Positions 25,884 through 34,967 of a DNA stretch of 48,830 nucleotides are shown here, one piece after another. Position numbers and translations under genes: made by a program. This DNA is from a virus, in IMG/VR virus record IMGVR_UViG_3300034069_000920, positions 1-48,830 of that record, one strand, 5' to 3'. Within the stretch, counting starts at the first letter, position 1. Each line of letters starts with the position of its first letter. The notes below the pieces were generated by a model, which was not told the origin of the DNA, made no database searches, and was given only the letters and a program-made list of their open reading frames with translations.

Positions 25884-27596
25884 ATGCCCAAGATTACTGA
25901 CTATCCTTTGGCTGACGTTCTCAAGGGGACAGAGGCTTTTCTTGCGGACCAGAATGGGACTGTTTCGGTCAATATCGCTGCACTCGCAGCGTACCTACTG
26001 AATCAATTCGGCGATCCGGCGAGCAACAACGCTCTTGCGGCGCTGACGCAGATTGTTGAGCAGAATGCCTCGAGCAACGTCATAGATTGCGGTCCATGGG
26101 ATCCTGATGCGCCGGTATTCGCGGATGCTCGATGGGGGGCAACGGCGTCGCGGCGCGTTTTGCCAAACGCAAACCGCGCTGACTTTGCTCCCGCGATGGT
26201 CCGCCCCGGAGAGGTTGTCGTCGACGAACGCGGCATCCCGTGGTTTGGCGATGCGAGCGGACGCCCCGGGGGCGTTTCGCACCGGGCGACCGACGACGGC
26301 AATACCTTCGACCGCGCCATGTTCGACCGGCTGCGAGATCAAGCCGTCAGCATCATGGATGCGTATCTGCCGACCGATCCAGACTTCACGGCGGCGGCGC
26401 GCCGCGTGCTGGCGACGGGCAAAAACCTATTCCTCCCGAGCCGCGTCGGCGGCTATCCGATTTCCGACGGGCTGGTCATGTCGTCGGACGGACAGCAGAT
26501 CATCAGCGATGGTGCGTATCACGGGTATTTCCGTGTCACGTCGAACTTCAACCTGAGCGCACCCGGCGTCATCACGATCCTGACGTCGGCCAATGAGCAT
26601 CAGTCCGGCCTCACCAATGTCGGCATCCTGTTCGAACAGCCGAACACCCCGACCAGCATGTCGCAGATCATCAAGTACCCGTGGGCGATCAACGCGCCTG
26701 GCGTAGCGCGTATGTCGTTCAACGGAGTGATCCGGATTGAGGATGCATGGAACGGCCTCAACTTCATCGGCAATGTGGGCGGCCTCGTCGCCGATGACTT
26801 CGAAATCTCCGCCTACAACCGCGCCTATATTTTCGACGGGGCGCTAGATTCGGTCCACATCACCACGCTGAAACTGTGGCCGTTCATCGCGTCGAACACG
26901 TCGCAGGCTTTCGCGCTCTACGCGCAGGCCCTTGGCGGCTACATCGGTCATGTCGATGGTCTCGACATCAAGACGATCGCACATTTCGCGCAACCGCTGG
27001 TCGTAGATACCACGACGAATGGTGGCGGCATTGGCACGATCGGCGCGTTGCAGATGGACGGTGCCGGCTCGAAGCTGACGTGGAACAACCACGGCTATCG
27101 GGTTGGAAACCTCTACACAACGGCCTCGACTGCCACGATTTCGACGATGGAAATCAACGGCGGCTTCCTGTCGGTGGCCGGGCTCTACCTTCAGGGTGCC
27201 TCGGACGTTGCTGGCGCCAGTGCGGCCCCGCTCATCCTCCTCAAAGGCGGCCAGTTCCAGGTTACCAAGCCGTTCATGTCCGGCATCGGGCCGGGACAGA
27301 CGGTGATCCAGCAGTCGGGCGGCATCCTCGATTGGGAAGGCGGCATCTTCAACACCGATCCAAACGCCTCCTACACGGTGCCGCTGATCCACATCACCGG
27401 CGGATTCGCGACGATCAGCAAGCCGCGCTTCCTGCCGACCAACGCCAGCGGAAACGTCGCGATCAAGGTCGAGACGGACAACTACCACGACATCGAGATC
27501 AACGTGCTGTCGGGCTGGGCACGCTCTGTTCCCGCGTCGCCGACGACCAGCACGTTCCGCTTCGGTTCAACACTTATCGGAGGGCCATCGCTTTGA
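25884..27596 (+). CDS. Tailspike-like protein 1 (beta-helix type; depolymerase candidate)
   Basis: 570 aa with an adaptor-like N-terminus (MPKITDYPLADVLKGTEAFLADQNGTVSV). Its central region is paralogous to 27593..29317 and 29943..31673. Confidence 0.6.
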   Translation: MPKITDYPLADVLKGTEAFLADQNGTVSVNIAALAAYLLNQFGDPASNNALAALTQIVEQNASSNVIDCGPWDPDAPVFADARWGATASRRVLPNANRADFAPAMVRPGEVVVDERGIPWFGDASGRPGGVSHRATDDGNTFDRAMFDRLRDQAVSIMDAYLPTDPDFTAAARRVLATGKNLFLPSRVGGYPISDGLVMSSDGQQIISDGAYHGYFRVTSNFNLSAPGVITILTSANEHQSGLTNVGILFEQPNTPTSMSQIIKYPWAINAPGVARMSFNGVIRIEDAWNGLNFIGNVGGLVADDFEISAYNRAYIFDGALDSVHITTLKLWPFIASNTSQAFALYAQALGGYIGHVDGLDIKTIAHFAQPLVVDTTTNGGGIGTIGALQMDGAGSKLTWNNHGYRVGNLYTTASTATISTMEINGGFLSVAGLYLQGASDVAGASAAPLILLKGGQFQVTKPFMSGIGPGQTVIQQSGGILDWEGGIFNTDPNASYTVPLIHITGGFATISKPRFLPTNASGNVAIKVETDNYHDIEINVLSGWARSVPASPTTSTFRFGSTLIGGPSL

Positions 27597-29317
27597 GCTC
27601 TGCCCAGCCCACCCGGCTTTTCGTTCCTCCCGCTCCGGCGGCGCTGATCGCCTCGCGTAAGCCTCAGCCGCGCGAGTTCGTCTTTGATGCAACCAATGAG
27701 GCAATGACCTTCGGCACGACGAAAGGCGCGGTCTGGCTGTCCACCCTGCCGTCAATCAAGAATTACCCAATCGTCCCGCACGATCCCAGCAACCTTGCAG
27801 ACATGGGGCCGGTCATCCAGGCGGCGCTCGATGATGGCGTGCGCGATTTCTCCGACGTCAATCTCTACATCGATTCCGCTGTCACGATCCCAAACAACGC
27901 CATTGTCACATGGTCGCCGCAAGGCGAGATCATTCCGAAGACGGAAGGTTTCATCAATCGACATGGCATCTGGGCGATCGGACCAAACGCCGCAGTCAAT
28001 TGGGGTCGCGACACGACGCTGATTTGCCCGAGCGTCATTCACAAAGATTTCATGATCCCGCCCGCCATTACCGGCGACGCGACAAAGGATGTGCCTGCAG
28101 CAGCGGCGCGGCTGGCCGCGCGTGTCGCGAATGGCACTGGGATGTTGCTCAACCGTCCGGATGTGCTGCTCGTCAACCCGTTCGTCGTCGGCTTCAACAC
28201 TGCGTACGTGATGAACGCCGAGCGCATTCGGCTTTCTTACCCTCGTGCGGACTGCATCAACGGCATTGAAGGATTCGGGATCGGCGACTGCTGTTATGTC
28301 GACCGCCTGCATTTCTGGCCATACTGGTTCTCCCATATCGACTCGATCCCGCCCGCTGGTGTGCTCGGTAGTTACCAAAAGGGGCTGTACTTCCACGACA
28401 AGGCGGACGGTGTTCAGATCGACGGTGGCCTGATCTATGGCATGGCAATCAGCGAGCATTACCGCGACGTGTACGGCCTGAAAGCCAAGGGCGTCTGGCT
28501 GGATGGAGATCCTACCATCGCTGCGGATCGCGGCACCATCGGCGTGCTGACCGAGGGCAACTGCCAGTTCCTCGACCTGTCGCATACGCACACCAACAGC
28601 CATGCCATCAGCCGCAAGTTCTACCACACCGGCGGCACGGTCATCTGGAGCGACAACACCTCGTCTGATGCTCAGGTCGCTGACACGCTGCTTGGCACTG
28701 GCCATTCTACGGGCAGTATCAGCGTCGAAAACGCAAAGGGTTCGGCGCTCATCACCCTGTCGGACGCACCTGGCATCCACGACGTCTATATCCGCAATGA
28801 AGGCGGTGCGCCGGTCACCGCTGGGGTCGTCGTCAATGCGAGCGCGGTCACGACTAAGACGCAGCTCAATCGCGTCAAGTTGCAGTATACCGATATCGGC
28901 TCCGGTTACGCCGACAATACCAGCATCCTGTCGTCCTACGTGTTGGCCGTGTCGAACGCGGATCAACAGGTGGCGGCGAACACCGCCACGCATCCAAACT
29001 TCGTGACGACAACCGACACGCTGGGAGAGTGGAACGGCACGACGTTCACGGCAGCGGAAGCCGGCGATTACTACTTCGATGTGGACCTCGCCTTCACGGC
29101 ATCGGCCAACACATCGGTGCTGCTGCAAGTGATGCGCTCTGGAACAGAATACCGCCGCGTACAGCAACAGGTTCTAGCGGGCGCCGGATCCGTCGCGCTT
29201 GGGCGAATCGTCCGAATGAGCGCCGGAGCTACGCTCACTGTGTTGCTGACAATGGGCGCATCGGGGTCGCTGACCAACGGCGTCTGCAAACTCAAGGTCG
29301 CCCGGCGCGGCGCTTGA
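27593..29317 (+). CDS. Tailspike-like protein 2 (beta-helix type, C1q/TNF-like C-terminal domain candidate)
   Basis: The TTG start at 27593 overlaps the upstream TGA and has a GGAGGG RBS 8 nt upstream; the first ATG is near 27704. Shared motifs include LHFWPYWFS. The C-terminus reads WNGTTFTAAEAGDYYFDVDL...LLQVMRSG...SAGATLTVLL. Confidence 0.55.
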   Translation: MSSAQPTRLFVPPAPAALIASRKPQPREFVFDATNEAMTFGTTKGAVWLSTLPSIKNYPIVPHDPSNLADMGPVIQAALDDGVRDFSDVNLYIDSAVTIPNNAIVTWSPQGEIIPKTEGFINRHGIWAIGPNAAVNWGRDTTLICPSVIHKDFMIPPAITGDATKDVPAAAARLAARVANGTGMLLNRPDVLLVNPFVVGFNTAYVMNAERIRLSYPRADCINGIEGFGIGDCCYVDRLHFWPYWFSHIDSIPPAGVLGSYQKGLYFHDKADGVQIDGGLIYGMAISEHYRDVYGLKAKGVWLDGDPTIAADRGTIGVLTEGNCQFLDLSHTHTNSHAISRKFYHTGGTVIWSDNTSSDAQVADTLLGTGHSTGSISVENAKGSALITLSDAPGIHDVYIRNEGGAPVTAGVVVNASAVTTKTQLNRVKLQYTDIGSGYADNTSILSSYVLAVSNADQQVAANTATHPNFVTTTDTLGEWNGTTFTAAEAGDYYFDVDLAFTASANTSVLLQVMRSGTEYRRVQQQVLAGAGSVALGRIVRMSAGATLTVLLTMGASGSLTNGVCKLKVARRGA

Positions 29318-29382
29318 ATCCGTGCCGCCATAGCCGAGCGGCGCTCCGTCACCCTTTGTAGATAACATCATCGCGAGGTATC

Positions 29383-29946
29383 ATGTCGCCTTTGATCCTG
29401 AGGGCATGCGCCCTTGCAATCTCCCTAATTTCCACGCCACTAGCAGCTCAGGTGGCGCCATCGATCCTGCCACCCTGCCGCAATAACAGCGGGTCGTACG
29501 TACCGTGCGGCGGCGCAGTTCTGGTCGACAAGACTGGTGTCGCGCTTGATGCCAATAATCCCCTACCGACCACGCCCGGCCCGCTCGCGGCGGCATCTTC
29601 GATTCCGCTGATCGGCACAGTCACCAGCACGGCCGTCACGCCCGCCTCAGGCGCGGCGACCTTCGCCGGGGGTACCGCGACGATCGGGCCGCTCACGCCA
29701 ACGCTCGGCCGCGATATTGCGCTGAAACTCTGGACATCGAACAGCGCGCCATTCTCCTGCCAGATGTTCGACAGCATCGACGGCGGCGTGACCAAGCTGC
29801 CGCTGTCGATCTTCGATACGCCGATCGGCGGCCCATACAACGGGCCCGTCAACAGCGTCATCACCTCCGAGAGTGTGAGCGGCACGACCGAGTACCTGGT
29901 GTGCACCGTATCCTCCGGCAATCTCAACTATTGGATGGGCCAATGA
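29383..29946 (+). CDS. Secreted protein with Cys-loop N-terminal module (paralogous N-terminus to 34072..34953)
   Basis: 187 aa with a GAGG RBS and the signal peptide MSPLILRACALAISLISTPLAAQ. This is followed by SILPPCRNNSGSYVPCGGAVLVDKTGVALDANNPLP. Confidence 0.6.
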   Translation: MSPLILRACALAISLISTPLAAQVAPSILPPCRNNSGSYVPCGGAVLVDKTGVALDANNPLPTTPGPLAAASSIPLIGTVTSTAVTPASGAATFAGGTATIGPLTPTLGRDIALKLWTSNSAPFSCQMFDSIDGGVTKLPLSIFDTPIGGPYNGPVNSVITSESVSGTTEYLVCTVSSGNLNYWMGQ

Positions 29947-31673
29947 TGCGCTTTCTTCTGGCGGTCCTGATGCTGCTGTTCGCCGCACCGGCGGCAGCGC
30001 AGACAGACCAGGCTGCACGTGGTCTGGCCTTGCAGGCATCGGCCAAAATCACCAATCTCAACACCGTCAACGTCGTCGACTATCGCCGTTTCTTTGATAG
30101 CGACTGGACTCCAGCATTCACGCGCGCACTCGCGACCGGCAAGAACGTCATCATGCCCGAGCTGGTCGGCGGCTATACGATCACAGACAAAATTACCATT
30201 GTCGGCGCAGGTCAGCGGATCATCGGCGCTGGACCGTACAAGAGCTATTTCCACGTCACCACTGCGTTCAATATGAGCGCGACCTCAGTCGTCTCGATCA
30301 ACACAGCGCGGGATAGTGCTGCTGGGCTCGAAAACGTCGGCATCGCATTTGACCAGCCTGTGTTCACTGCCCGCAGCAATGCGATCCAATACCCCTGGGC
30401 TATTGCCTTCACCGGCCAGTCGCGCGTCTATTTCGGTGGCATCGTTCGTATTACCGGCGCATGGAACGGCATCAACGCGGCTGGCGACAGTGGCGGCATT
30501 AGCGCAGACGAGTTGCAGATCGGTGCCCTCAACACCGGCATGGCGATCGATGGTGCCGCCGACTTCATTACAATCCGGCATTTGGGGTGCTGGCCGTATG
30601 GCTTTTCTGACGGCAACCGCCTCCAAGCATGGGGCGATGGCAGCACTACCTGCTTCACCGGCGGGCGCATCGACGGTCTCTCGATCCATTCCCTGACGAC
30701 GTTTCAGGGGCGCGTGGCCTTTGCCGCCGGTACCGATAGCAATGTCACCTTCGGCTCGATCGATAGCCTCTCACTTGATGGCAATTGGGCACGCCTTGAC
30801 GCCAGCGCAGGCTATGTCGCTATCGGCACCTGGTACAAGTCCAGCTCGGCCGCGGGCGATTACGCCATGAACCTAACGGGCGGCCAATGGCGGCTAGGCC
30901 AGTATCGCGCCTTCTATGGCACGGCTCAGACCCAGCCGGGCGTCCTCGTCGCAGGCGCGGCGGTGACGATCGCCTCCGGATTCACCGACAGTGGTTCGAC
31001 ATCCGCGCCGGCGTTCCGCATCACCAGCGGCAATCTCACGCTTGACCAGCCGGTCTTCAACTACGGCACAAACACCGCCCGCACCGCGCCATTCGTCGAC
31101 GTGGCAGGCGGCACGATCACCCTGCTCAATCCGCGCTTTCAGGCGATGGGCAGCGGCTCTGGCAATGGGATCGTGGTTGCCGCGAACAACGTCAACAGCA
31201 TCACCGCGAACCAGATGAACGGCTGGGGAGTTGCCCTGCCGACCGCGATCTCGAACGGCAGCTATGCTTTCGATACGGTGTTCACCGCGACCCCATCTGT
31301 CAGCTTCAGCACGCCAGGGGACAGCGCGTTCACCTATACGACAGCGCTGACGCAATATCGGATCCAGGGGAAGCTGATCTTCTTCCGAACCGCCCTCGCC
31401 TTTAACACCAACGCGTTCACAACGGCTGCGACCGGTTCTTTCCAAATCAGCACCGGCATCCCCTTTGCACCCACCTTCCCAGCCGCGCCGACGCTGCCGG
31501 ACATCAGCAACATCACGTTTTCGGGTTACCTGGCGCCCTACCTGCCCACCAGCAATCTCGCCGTGATCCGGAACACAGCGTCGGGCGCGGCGGAGGGCAA
31601 TTTGGGTACCGCCAACATCAAGGCATCATCCACCGGCGTGGTGACCAACCTCAACGGCACCTATGCCTTCTAA
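29943..31673 (+). CDS. Secreted beta-helix protein, signal-peptide-bearing paralogue of the tailspikes
   Basis: Start at MMRFLL with an ATGA overlap upstream. The signal peptide is MMRFLLAVLMLLFAAPAAAQ. LATGKNVIMPELVGGYTITD...YPWAIAF...GAWNGINAAGDSGG...LGCWPYGF aligns by eye with 25884..27596. Confidence 0.6.
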   Translation: MMRFLLAVLMLLFAAPAAAQTDQAARGLALQASAKITNLNTVNVVDYRRFFDSDWTPAFTRALATGKNVIMPELVGGYTITDKITIVGAGQRIIGAGPYKSYFHVTTAFNMSATSVVSINTARDSAAGLENVGIAFDQPVFTARSNAIQYPWAIAFTGQSRVYFGGIVRITGAWNGINAAGDSGGISADELQIGALNTGMAIDGAADFITIRHLGCWPYGFSDGNRLQAWGDGSTTCFTGGRIDGLSIHSLTTFQGRVAFAAGTDSNVTFGSIDSLSLDGNWARLDASAGYVAIGTWYKSSSAAGDYAMNLTGGQWRLGQYRAFYGTAQTQPGVLVAGAAVTIASGFTDSGSTSAPAFRITSGNLTLDQPVFNYGTNTARTAPFVDVAGGTITLLNPRFQAMGSGSGNGIVVAANNVNSITANQMNGWGVALPTAISNGSYAFDTVFTATPSVSFSTPGDSAFTYTTALTQYRIQGKLIFFRTALAFNTNAFTTAATGSFQISTGIPFAPTFPAAPTLPDISNITFSGYLAPYLPTSNLAVIRNTASGAAEGNLGTANIKASSTGVVTNLNGTYAF

Positions 31674-31733
31674 CTCTGCTCTTCGCGCACCCATGGGGCT
31701 GCGATCAGCCCCGGAAGGCAAAGGAGCTCGCCC

Positions 31734-32168
31734 ATGATTCTCCTCCGCCTCCGGCGCACCTTCCGCGAGCGTGCGCCGGAATGGGCGCTCGCGTTCATCC
31801 AGACCGGTTGGGGCGGTACGCTGCTCCTGCCTGGCGGATCGTTCGACCGACCGTTCTTCAAGCCGTTGGCGGTGATCGCGACCGCAGAGACATGGGGCTG
31901 GACAATGCTGCTGACCGGGCTCTCCCGCTTCACCGCGCTCTACATTAACGGCTCGATGCGCCAGACGCCGCACGCGCGCCAGGCGTGCAGCCTGATCGGA
32001 ATGGCCTTGTGGGCGCTGCTCACCTTCAGCGCGCTGTCGCTGGAATGGCGGACGCCTGCGGTCTTCAACTACGGTGGCCTCTTCATCCTCGAGGCGATCA
32101 TGTTTTCCTATGCCGGCCGGGATGCCGCGCGCACTGTCGCAAAGGGCGCGGCCAATGGAGTTCAGTAG
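31734..32168 (+). CDS. Polytopic membrane protein (holin/antiholin or exclusion candidate)
   Basis: 144 aa with an AAGGAG RBS and about 4 hydrophobic segments. It is the first gene of the lysis block. Confidence 0.55.
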   Translation: MILLRLRRTFRERAPEWALAFIQTGWGGTLLLPGGSFDRPFFKPLAVIATAETWGWTMLLTGLSRFTALYINGSMRQTPHARQACSLIGMALWALLTFSALSLEWRTPAVFNYGGLFILEAIMFSYAGRDAARTVAKGAANGVQ

Positions 32169-32475
32169 CCTACCCGTTTGGGCGCAGCAGGTCGGCGCAC
32201 TTCTTGTCACTCTCGGCACCGCGATCTCGCTGTATTGGGCCGAGCATCGCAAGCGGAAGGACGAGCCCAAGGTGACCTCTGGCGGCAGCGACCGCGAGGT
32301 GATCGCCGCAAGCTTCGTCGGCACGCGGCAGATGGATGATGCGATCGCCGTCCTGCGCCAGATCCACACCGCAGTCACGGAGATGAACGGTCATCTCGAG
32401 AAGGCAAACGAACGCGCTCACGAGGCCGACATGATCGCCGCGATCGCCGCGAAGATGCGGGAAGAGCGCCACTAA
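32155..32475 (+). CDS. Single-TM membrane protein (holin-like)
   Basis: Internal ATG (MEFSSLPVWAQQVGALLVTLGTAISLYW), followed by a charged coiled tail. It lies immediately upstream of the endolysin gene. Confidence 0.5.
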   Translation: MEFSSLPVWAQQVGALLVTLGTAISLYWAEHRKRKDEPKVTSGGSDREVIAASFVGTRQMDDAIAVLRQIHTAVTEMNGHLEKANERAHEADMIAAIAAKMREERH

Positions 32476-32497
32476 GGCCGCAACGAAAGGTACATAG

Positions 32498-33124
32498 ATG
32501 AAGCCGTTCACCGCGGACCTGCTCGCGCAGGTCTTCGCGCCGACCCCGCGCGCCACCTGCTCCCTGTACGCTGCACCGCTTGAGGCAGCATGCCAGCGCT
32601 ACGGGATCAACACCGTCGCGCGCCGGTCCGCGCTGCTCGGGCAGATGGGGATCGAGTGCTCCCGCCTCACCCGCATGTCGGAAAACATGAACTATCGCGA
32701 CCCACAGCGGCTCGACGATATGTTCTCGGCCGTGCGTGGCTTCGCCGATGCAAGCGCGCTCATCAAGGCCGGGCCGCAGGCGATCGCCAACCGGGTTTAC
32801 GCGTATCGTCTTGGCAACGGTGACGAGGCGAGCGGCGACGGCTGGCGGCATCGCGGCGCGGGCGGGATCGGTTGCACCGGCAAGACCAATCAAGCCGCAT
32901 TCGGCGCCGCGATCGGCATGCCCCTCGCCAAGGTGCCGGCCTACCTGCTCACCCCTGAGGGCGCGATGCTGGTCACGGGCTGGTTCTGGGACACGCATCA
33001 CCTCAACCCGCTGGCGGATGCCGGCGACATCGACGCGATCACCCGCGTGGTCAACGGCCCGGCGATGACGGCTGCCGATGAGCGACGCGCACTGACCATC
33101 AAAGCAGGAAAGGCATACGCATGA
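32498..33124 (+). CDS. Endolysin, glycoside hydrolase family 19
   Basis: GQMGIECSRLTRMSENMNY (two catalytic-type Glu), IANRVYAYRLGNGDEASGDGWRHRGAG, TGWFWD and ITRVVNGP fit GH19 phage endolysins. Confidence 0.85.
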   Translation: MKPFTADLLAQVFAPTPRATCSLYAAPLEAACQRYGINTVARRSALLGQMGIECSRLTRMSENMNYRDPQRLDDMFSAVRGFADASALIKAGPQAIANRVYAYRLGNGDEASGDGWRHRGAGGIGCTGKTNQAAFGAAIGMPLAKVPAYLLTPEGAMLVTGWFWDTHHLNPLADAGDIDAITRVVNGPAMTAADERRALTIKAGKAYA

Positions 33125-33507
33125 CCTTCTGGACCTTTCTCGACCGGACCCTGAACCGCCTGCCCGGCTGGCCGAGCGAGCGCCAATGGGTGACGATCTG
33201 GCTGGGCGCGCTGATCGTGATCCTGTTGCTCATGGCGCGCGCGAATCCTGACTTGTGGAACGTCGAGGTGTTCAAGGTGATCGCGCAGGCGGTCGTGCTG
33301 ACCGGCTTCCTCAACATGGTGCTGGCGTTCCACTTCGCGGCCAACAAGGGCGACGAGGACAAGACGGCCAACACGGGGAAGGCGTTCGAGGCGATCACCG
33401 CAGCCGCCAATGCCGCGGCACCGGGCGAGGTCGCAAGCAAGGCGGCTGACCAAGTGGCCGATGCTGCGGCCGACAAAGCCAGCCAGATCAAGGGCGATGC
33501 GGCATGA
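33121..33507 (+). CDS. Two-TM membrane protein (holin candidate)
   Basis: 128 aa with an ATGA overlap with the endolysin. It has two hydrophobic helices and an Ala/Asp/Lys-rich tail. Confidence 0.55.
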   Translation: MTFWTFLDRTLNRLPGWPSERQWVTIWLGALIVILLLMARANPDLWNVEVFKVIAQAVVLTGFLNMVLAFHFAANKGDEDKTANTGKAFEAITAAANAAAPGEVASKAADQVADAAADKASQIKGDAA

Positions 33508-33863
33508 GCCTCATCCCCACCCCCGTCGCCGCCTTCGTCGAGGCGTACAAGCCGATCCTGATCGGCATAGGCATCGCCCTGCTCATCGCCGTGCTGCTCG
33601 CTCTCGCCTACTGCTCGGGCGGCGCCGGCGTGCAGCACGCGGACGATCAGGAGACGATCCAGCTACAGACCCACGTCATCGCCGCCGACGGCAACGCCGC
33701 AGACGCGCGCGTTGCGGACACGACCCATATCCAGAACCAGCAGCGGGAGATCGAAGATGCTGTCCAGAACACCTCGAGCATTGATGATGCTCGCCGCGCT
33801 CGCGGGTGCGTCATCCTGCGCCAGCAAGGTCGTGGTGCAGCCGCTACTGCCGCCGGTTGCTGA
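33504..33863 (+). CDS. i-spanin (Rz-like)
   Basis: 119 aa with an N-terminal TM (ILIGIGIALLIAVLLALAY) and a periplasmic coiled region. The o-spanin start is embedded in its 3' third. Confidence 0.6.
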   Translation: MSLIPTPVAAFVEAYKPILIGIGIALLIAVLLALAYCSGGAGVQHADDQETIQLQTHVIAADGNAADARVADTTHIQNQQREIEDAVQNTSSIDDARRARGCVILRQQGRGAAATAAGC

Positions 33864-34056
33864 CCTCCGTCAGATCGCCGAGCCGGCGTATCCGATCGAG
33901 GCGCTGCAACCCGGTGATGCCGGCGCGAAAGCCGAGGCGGCATGGCACGACAAGGTACTGACCTGGGGTCGTACGGGCTGGGCGCAGAACCGACGCGTGT
34001 GTCAGTGGGCCATCGACATGAAGCTCGCGGTGCCGGCCGGGTACTGCAACCCGTAG
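33757..34056 (+). CDS. o-spanin (Rz1-like lipoprotein), overlapping the i-spanin in another frame
   Basis: ATG 33757 has a GGGAGA RBS. The lipoprotein-type signal MLSRTPRALMMLAALAGASSC is followed by a Pro-rich mature part. The gene overlaps 33504..33863 by 107 nt. Confidence 0.6.
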   Translation: MLSRTPRALMMLAALAGASSCASKVVVQPLLPPVADLRQIAEPAYPIEALQPGDAGAKAEAAWHDKVLTWGRTGWAQNRRVCQWAIDMKLAVPAGYCNP

Positions 34057-34071
34057 TTCGAGAGGCCAACC

Positions 34072-34953
34072 ATGAAGAACCTGCTCCGCATCGCAGGCGC
34101 GGCCACACTCGCCCTGCTCGCCTCCCCAGCCTCGCCGCAGAGCTTCATTCCGAACTGCCGCAACGCCGGCGGCTCATATATTCCGTGCGATCCGGTGGTG
34201 CTGGTCGATAAGACCGGCACGATCATCGACAGCACGAACCCGTTGCCCGTCTCCGGGGGAGGTGGCGGCGCTACCACGATCGCCAACGGCGCTGACACCG
34301 CACAGGGCAGCACAGGAGATGCAGCCTACAGCGACGCGGCAGGAATTGCCTCGGGCACAGTGATCGCTCTCCTGAAAGGAATGTACGCCAGCCAGCGCGT
34401 TATGGGAATGTCGGCAGTGGGCGCAGCGCCCAGCGGTTATCCGATGTTCGTTGCCGGGACGGATGGAGGCGTCATCCGCGCGCTGCGACTGGACGGTAAC
34501 GGTCGCCTGCAGGGGACCTGGTATACATCCGGCGGGCAGGAGATCAGCTACCGCAACGATAACACGAACAACGTGGCACCGACGAGTGCCAACACGATGC
34601 CGGCATTCATTTCTCGACAGACGGTCTTTGACGGCAGCCGATGGCAGTTCGCAGCCGGCGACATCTACGGCGCCTGGTCTCACGCGCCTCAGTCGACACC
34701 CGCCCCGAGCGGCGGCACAATTGCGGCTAGCGGTGGCACCGCAGCCCTTGTTTTCACCAACATCACAGACGGCGAGGTGATGAACCCTTCGACAGCCGTG
34801 CTGTGGGCGTCATGGGGTACACCGGCGGTCAACGGTGCTGGCAGCTTCGCCATCCAGCCCAACGGATCGTATCGGCCGCCCAGCCGTGTCGCGGGGACCC
34901 TGACTCTGCTCTCGACCGCTACCAACCAGACTTACACCTTCAACAAGTTCTGA
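34072..34953 (+). CDS. Secreted protein with Cys-loop N-terminal module (paralogous N-terminus to 29383..29946)
   Basis: 293 aa with the signal peptide MKNLLRIAGAATLALLASPASPQ. This is followed by SFIPNCRNAGGSYIPCDPVVLVDKTGTIIDSTNPLP, a G5 linker and a beta-rich C-terminal domain. Confidence 0.6.
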   Translation: MKNLLRIAGAATLALLASPASPQSFIPNCRNAGGSYIPCDPVVLVDKTGTIIDSTNPLPVSGGGGGATTIANGADTAQGSTGDAAYSDAAGIASGTVIALLKGMYASQRVMGMSAVGAAPSGYPMFVAGTDGGVIRALRLDGNGRLQGTWYTSGGQEISYRNDNTNNVAPTSANTMPAFISRQTVFDGSRWQFAAGDIYGAWSHAPQSTPAPSGGTIAASGGTAALVFTNITDGEVMNPSTAVLWASWGTPAVNGAGSFAIQPNGSYRPPSRVAGTLTLLSTATNQTYTFNKF

Positions 34954-34967
34954 TCGGGAGAACCTGC

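Noticed and set aside
26876-27592. An upstream 239-codon extension of ORF 26876..29317 that overlaps tailspike gene 1 in another frame.
   Set aside because: The translation there is Arg/His/Pro-rich nonsense. A TTG with a GGAGGG RBS at 27593 overlaps the upstream stop and begins the sensible sequence. The start was set at 27593, with the first ATG (near 27704) as a fallback.
29355-29385. A sigma70-like promoter TTGTAG-N17-TATCAT upstream of the first secreted-protein gene.
   Set aside because: The -10 hexamer overlaps the ATG at 29383, so the transcript would start inside the ORF. That ORF has a good GAGG RBS and an intact signal peptide from that ATG. The match is probably chance.
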